Virus record (IMG/VR): IMGVR_UViG_3300038465_000158 | Span: 32,686-96,685 of that record | Source of the DNA: a virus | Length of the DNA stretch: 64,000 nt | Reading direction: 5' to 3' (one strand) | Shown: piece by piece, positions 56,423-64,000 of the stretch | Numbering within the stretch: the first letter of the stretch is position 1 | Layout of the letters: the number at the start of each line of letters is the position of its first letter | Program-made: the position numbers and the translations under genes | Notes under the pieces: model-generated | What the model was told of the DNA's origin: nothing | What the model saw: only the letters and a program-made list of their open reading frames with translations | Database searches by the model: none

Positions 56423-56734
56423 GCCGAGAACTCTGCGTACGCTTCTGCTGCAACCGAAGCGCGAAGTGCGTCCGATGCTGCATCTCGAGAAGTCCAAGGA
56501 TACGGTGAAGGCGCTGACCACGAGCATCTTGCTCAAGCGCACGCAGACGCCGCGAATGCTCACGACATCATAGGACGACTTTACACAGGTTCTGGCAAAA
56601 CTGAATCAGCAACTGCGCATTTCGATGCGGCAGGAGCGCATCGAGACGCTGCCGCTGCTCATCTCTCTGGAAGCGAAGATTCGTACGACAAAACGTACGC
56701 CGCGGCAGACATGACGGATGCGCTGCTAAACTAA
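56279..56734 (+). CDS. KYS..RDDxGRF-motif family protein with His/Ala helical repeats
   Basis: ELLKFSEDQARDSNGEFASG; AH.DAA.AH repeats. Confidence 0.7.
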   Translation: MKKIDPEFRAYLQAQVAKGGQSGASAQSELLKFSEDQARDSNGEFASGAENSAYASAATEARSASDAASREVQGYGEGADHEHLAQAHADAANAHDIIGRLYTGSGKTESATAHFDAAGAHRDAAAAHLSGSEDSYDKTYAAADMTDALLN

Positions 56735-57184
56735 ATGGAATGTGCTGCTGGATGTGGCTCTAGGTCGGAGAGCGATCCTCTGGATGGCAATCTAGCACTT
56801 ATACCGCCAGTTCAATGGATTACTGTTGGTGTCGACATTGCGCTTCAAGAACCGCCTTTCCAGCAACGTGATGAACGCTACAGCGGCGTTTGCTGTTCGA
56901 TGGATTGTGTGATCACTTTTCTTCGTCGCAAAAAGCAAAGTATGGAGCTCTCGAAGATTCCAGTCATCGTTGAACATTCGTGGGATTGGACGCCAGAGAC
57001 ACGAAGCGATGTCGCAAAGCGAATCGGATTTCTCGTTCTTGAAGCGGTCACTGATATGGACGACACTGGCAAGATTGTCGTGCTTCCACTCTCTGAAGAT
57101 GTAGAACTTCTCGGTCGAGAAGTCTGCGTAGCGTTATTTCCTGGAATCCCAGAGCTCGAGCCAACGTCGAATCCACTCGATTAG
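56735..57184 (+). CDS. Hypothetical protein (Cys motifs)
   Basis: CAAGC...CCSMDC; last gene before strand convergence. Confidence 0.5.
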   Translation: MECAAGCGSRSESDPLDGNLALIPPVQWITVGVDIALQEPPFQQRDERYSGVCCSMDCVITFLRRKKQSMELSKIPVIVEHSWDWTPETRSDVAKRIGFLVLEAVTDMDDTGKIVVLPLSEDVELLGREVCVALFPGIPELEPTSNPLD

Positions 57185-57631
57185 GAATGGGTCTCGTCGC
57201 CGCGGCGTAGGGTTGGGAATCGCTTTGATTCCTTCATATTGCACATCAGGTTCTGGACCGAACATCTCGCGAATGTGCTCGTAGCTCACGATTTCGGCTT
57301 CGAGCGCTGGCTTGTCAACCATGTCAACAGCGATGGCTGGTACGATTGACGTCTCTGCTCCAATTGGAGTGTACTGTCCTTGGCGATAGATTGTGAAAAT
57401 CGCGCCAAGAGCAAATGCCTTGAGCTGGTTCACATTGCGAGGATCGCACTCAACTCCAGCCAAGTGGTCACGAATCGATGAGCGCATCTGCTCGACAGTT
57501 GCTACCGCGATGATGGGCGGATAGTCGTTGAGGGCAGCAGTGAACATCTCTTTCGCAATTGTCGAGATGTGGTCAAAATCCGGAAACGGATACTCTTCGC
57601 CGTGCTCATCATTCATGATTTCATCATACAC
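57134..57631 (-). CDS. Hypothetical protein
   Basis: End of the minus-strand operon. Confidence 0.6.
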   Translation of the reverse strand: MYDEIMNDEHGEEYPFPDFDHISTIAKEMFTAALNDYPPIIAVATVEQMRSSIRDHLAGVECDPRNVNQLKAFALGAIFTIYRQGQYTPIGAETSIVPAIAVDMVDKPALEAEIVSYEHIREMFGPEPDVQYEGIKAIPNPTPRRRDPFLIEWIRRWLELWDSRK

Positions 57632-57837
57632 CCTTCTTTTAGCATATCCATCATGTGATTATAGCGAGGATAAGGAAGCCCATGATTTCCGTACATAAGA
57701 AGATTCCATTCAAACTCTGCGAGTCCCTGCATCATTTGCTTGTGCGCGTACTCACGAATGTTGAAGAAGCCGAGCGAATACCAGTCAAATGGAAGTGGAA
57801 CGTCAGGCGTCATAGACATATCGAAGAATATTGCCAT
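57613..57837 (-). CDS. Hypothetical protein
   Basis: Fills the gap between primase and the 57134 gene. Confidence 0.4.
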   Translation of the reverse strand: MAIFFDMSMTPDVPLPFDWYSLGFFNIREYAHKQMMQGLAEFEWNLLMYGNHGLPYPRYNHMMDMLKEGCMMKS

Positions 57838-59965
57838 CGGCGTCAGTCACTGTCGTGAATTTTCCGTTGTTGACGAGACGTTCAAGACCTTCATCAATCT
57901 CTCTAGCAGAAAGTCCTTTGGCCTCAACCTTGAGTTCTTTCCGCGTGAATCCTTCTGCTCCACCTCGACTGAGCGCAACGATGAGTTTGTCATCAATGAC
58001 TTTGTGTCGATTCTCGTTGACGTGAGTGAGCATCGAATAGTCAACAGAGTCTGGCGTGTCAATGACGATGTCGAGTTTCTCACCAGCCATTGACGGGTAG
58101 AACTTCACAATCGATGCGGTTTCACCTTCACGCCCGATTTCTCCTGCCCTGTCTTTTGCTACGGTGAGTTTGATGAACCCAGGTGTTTGTCGGTCGAATG
58201 GAGCACTTGACTCGACGCCATATGCTGCGTGTAGTCGACCAAGTTTGTCTCCCGCTCCTCTTGCCCATCTACCTCGTCCTTCGCCAGATTTTACGACGTG
58301 GTCGATGATGACCAGAGCTGCTTGTGGTCTCAACCCACGTAATAACCATCGTGCGTGAGCATACCAGGCACCCACTTCCGAGTTGTCCTTCTCGTTCAAT
58401 CCCAACTCCACTAACGCTGGCGCCATTGTATCGACAACAACGAGTGTCGGCTTCCACTGCTTGAGTTGTTGCTTTAGTTTTGCCCATTGTTCTTGGTTCC
58501 TCCCCATGCCTTGCGGGTTGAGATAGCGAAGTCCATGTCGAACCAGAGGAGGAGCGATACCAAGCGAACGTAGACGAAGTGCAATAGACTTGCCCGCGTC
58601 GTCTTCGTCGTAGTCGAGGTACGCGACTGTGTGGCCGAGTTGCAGTTGTTCTCGTACCAAGTGCAACGCGACCCACGTCTTGCCGTGTCCTGGCTCTCCG
58701 TAGATCGAGTGGAATCTTCCGGGGTAGATGAGGAACTTGCCGTCCGTCCTTTCCAGCATCGTTGGTGACTCGCGCTCAAGAATGACGCCCTCCATGAGGT
58801 CGGCAATGTCGAATGGGTCTGTGGGGTCTCTATCGGGTTCATCATCTTCCTCATTTTCTTCTTCGTCTTGAGAGGGTTCGTTCGTTGCCCTCTCAGGCCC
58901 CGAAATACCAGTAATGATAGGATTTACACCACGAGAGGGTACGTTTTTGACTGTTAGAGGTCCAGCGACAGCATTTCGTTCTGCAGTGATTGATGCTCGC
59001 GCGTCAGAACGAAGTGCCCATTGCAACTCGGCTTGAGACAATTCGTCGGGTGCTTCCCACGTCTTGTAGCCTCGTTCAACTTTCTCGTATGCTGTCTCTA
59101 GACGATAGAAGTCTTTGTCAGTCTGGTCAGTTTTCTCCCAGACTGCTTTGGTAATTGCCTTTGCGGTTTCGAGTGAGTCGCCTCTTCCGCGCAGAATTCC
59201 AGCCAGTCTGATGAATCCGTCGTCACGTTCGCCAAAACGAAATCCCTCCTCCATAAGCTGTTGAACTGAGCCTATGGAGGAGGGACCGAGTGAACTTCCT
59301 GGTGTATTTCTCTTCTCTGACAGAACTGCGAGAATGTCATTTGAGACTACACTTAAAACATGTCCGCTTTGCCAATGGTAGAATTTACCTGAGACGTGCT
59401 GTGACGGAGCAGCAACGATGTAGCCTCCGTCTGCTCGAATGTCTACGCCAGGTAGCCAATTTGCTCGAGATGCGATGACTGGCCTTGGGCCAGAAATTGC
59501 TGGAAACGAAAGTAAGATGTGACTTCCGCCTCCACCTGTTTCTTGAACAAGTGAGTCTGGAAAGTCAATTCCTTTTCCAGCGAGCCAATTCTTAAGCTCA
59601 TATTCTCCGTCGATGATGTCATCATCTGTCTCCTTCACATCGAGGTCGAGCACAATCAAGTTTGAGACAGCACCAGTGGCGATTGCCAGATTCATCTTCG
59701 GTGCTTGCGAATACCATTGTGTAATTACGTCTGGGTCATTTGATGCGGATTTCAATCCGTGCGGCGCGAGGTGACCGGCAGGATGCTTGCCTTGACTACG
59801 ACATTCAGCATCTCCGCATGCGCATCGTCCGTTTTCTATCCACCAGATTGGGAGAACTGACCATCCTTTTGAAACGTAGAACAATGCCCAATCTAGGGTA
59901 GTTTCCAACATCGCATTAACCGACTCTCGAGGTGTTTCGTCGGAATGCAAAGGCATCATGCTCAT
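57803..59965 (-). CDS. Bifunctional primase-polymerase (AEP) fused to AAA/RepA-like helicase
   Basis: GWSVLP, CAC...C...GKHP, NLAIATG...VLDLD, TGGGG.H, DIRADGGY.VAAPS.H.SG..Y.W; YGEPGHGKTW, YLDYDE, VVVDT. Confidence 0.9.
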   Translation of the reverse strand: MSMMPLHSDETPRESVNAMLETTLDWALFYVSKGWSVLPIWWIENGRCACGDAECRSQGKHPAGHLAPHGLKSASNDPDVITQWYSQAPKMNLAIATGAVSNLIVLDLDVKETDDDIIDGEYELKNWLAGKGIDFPDSLVQETGGGGSHILLSFPAISGPRPVIASRANWLPGVDIRADGGYIVAAPSQHVSGKFYHWQSGHVLSVVSNDILAVLSEKRNTPGSSLGPSSIGSVQQLMEEGFRFGERDDGFIRLAGILRGRGDSLETAKAITKAVWEKTDQTDKDFYRLETAYEKVERGYKTWEAPDELSQAELQWALRSDARASITAERNAVAGPLTVKNVPSRGVNPIITGISGPERATNEPSQDEEENEEDDEPDRDPTDPFDIADLMEGVILERESPTMLERTDGKFLIYPGRFHSIYGEPGHGKTWVALHLVREQLQLGHTVAYLDYDEDDAGKSIALRLRSLGIAPPLVRHGLRYLNPQGMGRNQEQWAKLKQQLKQWKPTLVVVDTMAPALVELGLNEKDNSEVGAWYAHARWLLRGLRPQAALVIIDHVVKSGEGRGRWARGAGDKLGRLHAAYGVESSAPFDRQTPGFIKLTVAKDRAGEIGREGETASIVKFYPSMAGEKLDIVIDTPDSVDYSMLTHVNENRHKVIDDKLIVALSRGGAEGFTRKELKVEAKGLSAREIDEGLERLVNNGKFTTVTDADGNILRYVYDA

Positions 59966-59990
59966 CTTTCTTCATGATGGTTGGGGTATC

Positions 59991-59999
59991 ATTTTATCA
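59991..59999 (-). promoter_or_regulatory. Extended -10 promoter for the primase gene
   Basis: TGATAAAAT on the minus strand, ~25 nt upstream of the start. Confidence 0.5.
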
Positions 60000-60320
60000 C
60001 CTGTCAATACCCTTCAGGCGGTTGCGAACTGTTCGAGCGATGCGTCGTTTCAGCATGATGCGATCGTGAATCATCTTGGCTCGTTGTCGCTCGTTAACTC
60101 CTCCAAAAATTCCGTCAGTGCTTTGAATGCTGAGAGCGTAGTCGAGGCATTCTCGTCGAACGACGCAATTGAAGCAGTAATGTCCTGGATTCCCTGGTTC
60201 ATCCTTGACGAGAAATCCTGGGCTGCCTTCAGGAAAGAACACATCGCGATTGACATCTCGACACTTGGCTTGCTCTCGCCAACTTTGGTCAAGTTCGTCA
60301 TCCTCTCCTTGGTAGCTCAC
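59997..60320 (-). CDS. whiB: WhiB-family transcription factor
   Basis: W..QAKC....DVFFP...C..C.VR.ECLDYAL...GIFGG. Confidence 0.9.
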   Translation of the reverse strand: MSYQGEDDELDQSWREQAKCRDVNRDVFFPEGSPGFLVKDEPGNPGHYCFNCVVRRECLDYALSIQSTDGIFGGVNERQRAKMIHDRIMLKRRIARTVRNRLKGIDR

Positions 60321-60466
60321 GAATCCTTGTTGGGTACTTTGAGTAATTCACCACAGAATCGACACACCATCCATCGACTGTTGCGTCCCATTCCGATGTT
60401 CATGTCGTGTCCGACAATCATGCACCAGAGTTTCTTGATTCTAGAGTGTAATACTCTTTTCATCGT
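60317..60466 (-). CDS. Small Cys/His protein
   Basis: WCMIVGH...CRFCG; coupled to WhiB. Confidence 0.5.
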   Translation of the reverse strand, partial: TMKRVLHSRIKKLWCMIVGHDMNIGMGRNSRWMVCRFCGELLKVPNKDS

Positions 60467-60726
60467 TGACCCTCTCGATTTGCCACATATTCGATACACT
60501 CACGTGTGACATCAAGATAGTGTTGAGTCGGGTCTTTGCGAATTTCTTGCCCTGGAGTGTACGCGTTCCACACAGCATCACGCATCTTCTTCGGAAGCAT
60601 ATACCAGTGAGGACGACACATGAACATCTTTTCAGGAACGACGGTCTTGCATTGCTCTGCGTGGCAATGATGCACTTCAAAAAGCAAAGTATGCAATTTG
60701 TCGATTTCTTCTTCAGTGAATTTCAT
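60460..60726 (-). CDS. Zn-binding hypothetical protein
   Basis: H.CHA..C...VP..MFMC..HW..LP...R..VW. Confidence 0.7.
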   Translation of the reverse strand: MKFTEEEIDKLHTLLFEVHHCHAEQCKTVVPEKMFMCRPHWYMLPKKMRDAVWNAYTPGQEIRKDPTQHYLDVTRECIEYVANREGQR

Positions 60727-60949
60727 CTAGCCCTCTATCATCCACACCATGCAAAGCATACATGCCGCTCATTTCAATTGGCACAAGCGGAAGAGCAAAC
60801 AACCACCATCCATGCCACGCGATGATGAATGCGAGCATCACGACACCAAATCCCACACCGCCGAGACAGACGAGAAAAAGTGGCATCCCAAGGATTGTGA
60901 GAAGCAAGTCGACAAACAGCGAATGTTTGCTAGGCGCTTGGTATGACAC
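60713..60949 (-). CDS. Membrane protein
   Basis: Hydrophobic helices. Confidence 0.55.
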   Translation of the reverse strand: MSYQAPSKHSLFVDLLLTILGMPLFLVCLGGVGFGVVMLAFIIAWHGWWLFALPLVPIEMSGMYALHGVDDRGLDEIH

Positions 60950-61121
60950 TAGTGTGCTCTTTCTCGTGTTTTAGTGCGTATCTATTGGCAATTTGTGCAC
61001 TTTTATGCGCAGAAGTGTAATGAATTGCACCTCCGTGCAATCCGCACGTCACGACGTATTTGTGTCTACCCTCACCAGCACGGACACGTTTGATGTTGAG
61101 AAATCCCCACGGCTTCCTCAT
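60930..61121 (-). CDS. Hypothetical protein
   Basis: Coupled small ORF. Confidence 0.5.
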   Translation of the reverse strand: MRKPWGFLNIKRVRAGEGRHKYVVTCGLHGGAIHYTSAHKSAQIANRYALKHEKEHTSVIPSA

Positions 61122-61324
61122 GCTTGCATCACATCTAACTTGTCAAATGTGACTTCATATTCAGGGTCGATATTTCCGTACGCAGCGCGAGCAGAGTGCA
61201 TGTTGGCGAACACACCGAAGATGAATCCCTTGTCGTGATGAGAGCCCTTTTTACGTTCTCGTACGACGACGACTGTATTGACTTTTTTCAACTTCACTTC
61301 GCCGAGTATCAAATCCATCACCAT
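61118..61324 (-). CDS. Hypothetical protein
   Basis: AAGGA RBS; coupled to the next gene. Confidence 0.55.
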   Translation of the reverse strand: MVMDLILGEVKLKKVNTVVVVRERKKGSHHDKGFIFGVFANMHSARAAYGNIDPEYEVTFDKLDVMQA

Positions 61325-61337
61325 TGTTGAGTTCCTT

Positions 61338-61655
61338 TCATCGGAGGTTCACTGAGTAGACATTGAGAAGCGGAATTCGTCGTTTGCGTCGTTCTTTGAC
61401 GCGTTCACGTTCTGTCATCCCACCCCAGATGCCGTAACTTTCATATCTCAACGCGTAGTCAAGACACTCTTGTTCGAGCGGACAGGAATGACAGAATTGC
61501 TTGCAGAGGTGAACGTCACCCATCGAGGGAGAGTAGAAATTAAGACCAGAGTTGAAGCAGAGTCCGACAAGTTTGATTTTGTGGAGCATCGCGATTGCGT
61601 GAGAGACTGCTGCTCGCTTTTTGACTGGGAACAATACTTCTAGCGCGTCAGACAC
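61338..61655 (-). CDS. whiB: Second WhiB-family protein (start approximate)
   Basis: GLC...CKQFCHSCPLEQECLDYAL..E.YGIWGGMTERER. Confidence 0.8.
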   Translation of the reverse strand: MSDALEVLFPVKKRAAVSHAIAMLHKIKLVGLCFNSGLNFYSPSMGDVHLCKQFCHSCPLEQECLDYALRYESYGIWGGMTERERVKERRKRRIPLLNVYSVNLR

Positions 61656-61791
61656 TGTTCTCCCATTCTTCTTTGAGCATGAACTCAAGTTCGAACATGT
61701 GTTGCGCATGTTTAATGGCGATAACGGCCTCGTCTACTTGATTGATTGCGGATTCGTACATCTGCTCGAAGAACGGGTCATTCGCGTTCAT
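61648..61791 (-). CDS. Small acidic helical protein
   Basis: MNANDPFFEQMYESAINQVDEA... fits between neighbours. Confidence 0.45.
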   Translation of the reverse strand: MNANDPFFEQMYESAINQVDEAVIAIKHAQHMFELEFMLKEEWENSV

Positions 61792-62278
61792 ATTGCATCG
61801 CCATCCATGTTGATATTCGACTGCAATAGTCAAAAGCGTCCTTCGTCCAACGAGCATCGTAGAGAGCATGGTGCTCAGTCGTTGTTTGCTCTGGAAGTGC
61901 AAGGTTGCCAAGTGAGAAAGCATATTGCTTCACGTCAAGACAGAATTTTGGCCAGCCAAGTGGTAAATCCATCATCGTCCCAAACAACTGGCACATGACC
62001 ACCCAGCCATAGTCTGAGTAGTACGCCCAGAATTCTGGATACTCACCAACGAATTCACGAATGTCTCGCGCAATCATCTGTTTGTGCATAAGATCTTCGT
62101 CAGTTGCTTTCATCAGTTCAGGGAACACGTTCTCGATGACCCAGTCGTTTGCTTTGTCTAAATCAGCGTCAGCGTTCACTCGATAGAATTCACGACCGTC
62201 TTCCGCAACAATTGCGATAGACAAGAGTTCAATAGTGACACCGTCTTCCATGAATTCTGTATCGAAGAAATACCTCAT
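61778..62278 (-). CDS. DEDDh 3'-5' exoribonuclease (Rv2179c/RNase AS-like)
   Basis: MRYFFDTEF.EDG.TI.L.SI.IV.EDGRE.Y, WAYY, LFG.M.DLP, HHAL.DARW. Confidence 0.88.
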   Translation of the reverse strand: MRYFFDTEFMEDGVTIELLSIAIVAEDGREFYRVNADADLDKANDWVIENVFPELMKATDEDLMHKQMIARDIREFVGEYPEFWAYYSDYGWVVMCQLFGTMMDLPLGWPKFCLDVKQYAFSLGNLALPEQTTTEHHALYDARWTKDAFDYCSRISTWMAMQYERE

Positions 62279-62433
62279 GCTGTGACTACAAGAGCAACGA
62301 GTAGAAGATTGACAATGATTGTCACAATTGCGACCCCATGTGTGAGTGGCTCTCGCTTCTTGCCTATCATGCTGATTGTCGCAAATGTTGAAAATGTGCA
62401 AAATGCAACGAATACCCACTTGTGCCAGTTCAT
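62275..62433 (-). CDS. 52-aa two-TM membrane protein
   Basis: MNWHKWVFVAFCTFSTFATISMIGKKREPLTHGVAIVTIIVNLLLVALVVTA; ATGA overlaps on both sides. Confidence 0.6.
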   Translation of the reverse strand: MNWHKWVFVAFCTFSTFATISMIGKKREPLTHGVAIVTIIVNLLLVALVVTA

Positions 62434-62708
62434 ACTTCGTCCTCTTTCTTGATGTCATTGAGCATGCCGAGAGCTTCGGCAACTTCCTCTGTTGTGATTC
62501 CGCAATTCGTTGTGTCAACCTTGAGAGTAGGGTCAAAACGACCTGGCCGGTACTCCGCTATTACGTTGAATTTCGTGTTGTTGACATTTTTGAACGCTTT
62601 GACAAGACGACGTTCAAGTCTACGAAGTTTGAAATTCCACCAATGTGACTTCCTGTAGTTGAAGTAGAAATGCGGGTCTTCGTTGATGTTGAATTTGAGT
62701 TCAGCCAT
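62430..62708 (-). CDS. Hypothetical protein
   Basis: Coupled ORF. Confidence 0.55.
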   Translation of the reverse strand: MAELKFNINEDPHFYFNYRKSHWWNFKLRRLERRLVKAFKNVNNTKFNVIAEYRPGRFDPTLKVDTTNCGITTEEVAEALGMLNDIKKEDEV

Positions 62709-63243
62709 ATTTCACTGTCCCGACAGGAATGTGAGCATTGCACAAGACACGTATTTCATGATTGACGATTGCTTCGTCACCGTTACGCCCGCAAATCTCA
62801 CACACGCAGCGACTCCGGCCAGCAGTGACGCGGATAAGCCCGACCATGTGAGGGAGTCGATTCTCGTCTTTCAGCGGAACACGAATCGAGTAGTGGAGAG
62901 CGCCGTTCTCACGTTTGATGTTGAGGATGCGGTAGTCGTAACAGTGTTCACGGAGTTCTTGGTTGAGAAGGGCAATCAGGCCGTACCAGCCTCTCCCTAT
63001 ATTTGTCGCTGGCCAGTACCCGCAGTCCATTCGCGAGAGGATGTCGAGGAAGTCCTCACGGAATTCATTTGCATCTGCGGGGATGAATTGATGCAAGTCA
63101 GTAGCGGAGCGGACGTCGAGTATTTTGCGGTTCGTGATTGTGCGGTCGAAAGCAACAGGAGCATCGGCGGAATTCGTCGGTGTGGGTGTTGATGGAATAG
63201 ACTTCGGGCGATTCTTGCTACCCTTTGGGCGGCCTCGAGGCAT
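62701..63243 (-). CDS. AT-hook-containing protein with C-terminal Zn motif
   Basis: MPRGRPKGSKNRPK; GW..LI, CEICG...LC..H. Confidence 0.7.
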   Translation of the reverse strand: MPRGRPKGSKNRPKSIPSTPTPTNSADAPVAFDRTITNRKILDVRSATDLHQFIPADANEFREDFLDILSRMDCGYWPATNIGRGWYGLIALLNQELREHCYDYRILNIKRENGALHYSIRVPLKDENRLPHMVGLIRVTAGRSRCVCEICGRNGDEAIVNHEIRVLCNAHIPVGTVKYG

Positions 63244-63321
63244 CTTTCACTACTCTTTTCGTCGTCGGGGTCTAGAACGGCATGTCACCACATGTTTCAT
63301 CTTTTTTGTGCAACGGATTCA

Positions 63322-63330
63322 AGTATATCA
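63322..63330 (-). promoter_or_regulatory. Extended -10 promoter for the minus-strand operon
   Basis: TGATATACT on the minus strand. Confidence 0.5.
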
Positions 63331-63401
63331 TCTCAGGTATAGGAAAGACGGTATTGCCTGTTCATTTCATTGTTCAAAACATGTTCATCTAGTCAGGAGT
63401 A

Positions 63402-63540
63402 CAAGGAGAGCCTCCCCATTGGGCTCTCCTTGCGCTTGCGAGGCATTGAATCTCTATAACAAGTTGGTGACACATGACTTCGTTTGTTAAGATTTTGCTG
63501 CGCGCAAGCGACTGGCGAAATCTTAACAAACGAAAAGTCA
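63402..63540. repeat. Two inverted repeats in the non-coding region
   Basis: CAAGGAGAGCC/GGCTCTCCTTG (63402-63432); TTCGTTTGTTAAGATTT/AAATCTTAACAAACGAA (63479-63534). Confidence 0.85.
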
Positions 63541-64000
63541 CGTTTGTGTTTGCTGTTAAAAATAAAGCTTTATTTCTCCAGAAATAAATATCCTGATGAG
63601 GTCTTTTAAAGTTTTTGAAGTTTTTGAAGATGTGAAAAGTGAATAATTTGAGAGTTAATTTCTAAGAAGTGATGAGAAATAAAGGTTTTTCTAATGTAGC
63701 AAAGGGTTTCAGGCTTTATTTCTTGCTTTATTTCTAAGCAAATGATGAAAAATAAAGGCTCTAAGAGAAACAAAGTAGGTCATCATGAAAGAAATAAAGC
63801 CTAGAGTGATATAGTGATTTCCATGATTGATGACGCGCTCTTTCATCGGCAATTGCTCATTCTTGATGTTGTGAGGAGTGCTGAAGAGCCTGTTCGCAAG
63901 AGTGATGTCTTGAAAAGTGTGAATGGAAGCACTCAAAGTCTCGTCTCTGCAATGTCTGAGTGTGTTGCCGAAGGCTGGCTTATTTGCGAGCAAATGAAAG

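Noticed and set aside
62279-62536. N-terminal extension of the exoribonuclease ORF
   Set aside because: The family N-terminus MRYFFDTEF starts at 62278, and the upstream stretch is occupied by a coupled 52-aa membrane gene in another frame.
63709-63993. 94-aa minus-strand ORF
   Set aside because: AT-rich, atypical codon usage, no motif or RBS; probably spurious.
1-64000. Stop-codon reassignment as the explanation for genes with missing starts
   Set aside because: TAA, TAG and TGA all terminate well-defined genes with normal coupling; the anomaly is limited to start codons.
1-64000. Integrase, repressor, tRNA genes, terminase large subunit, portal
   Set aside because: None recognised in this window. 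Packaging genes probably lie upstream of base 1, and lifestyle cannot be determined.

Overview
The window is about 64 kb of a tailed dsDNA phage genome with siphovirus architecture. The host is probably an actinobacterium, since there are two WhiB genes and an Rv2179c-like exoribonuclease. 1-33 kb (+): virion module with a 5'-truncated major capsid, head-tail genes, tail tube, chaperones, tape measure and many paralogous minor tail/fibre genes, plus a GT17-like glycosyltransferase, lysis genes and a 1328-aa tandem-repeat protein. 33.5-48 kb (+): replication genes (PolA, RuvC, SNF2 helicase, exonuclease, AAA ATPase, SSB) mixed with a pyrimidine-hypermodification gene set. 48-57 kb (+): accessory genes, including a family sharing a K-Y-S-x-D-x-x-R-D-D-x-G-R-F motif fused to different domains (ParB-like, RelA/SpoT-like). 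57-63 kb (-): primase-helicase, WhiBs and small genes, then an AT-rich non-coding region with inverted repeats. No integrase, tRNA, rRNA or CRISPR array was recognised. Most notable: (1) a candidate capsid-loaded, protease-processed effector family with a probable alarmone-synthetase toxin and a separately promoted immunity gene; (2) a DNA hypermodification cluster built on a cytosine-type thymidylate synthase homologue plus an amino acid:DNA transferase-like protein; (3) five genes that appear to start at non-AUG codons directly after TTT; (4) a +1 (UUU CGU) rather than -1 tail-chaperone frameshift. All family assignments come from motif recognition by eye, not database searches.
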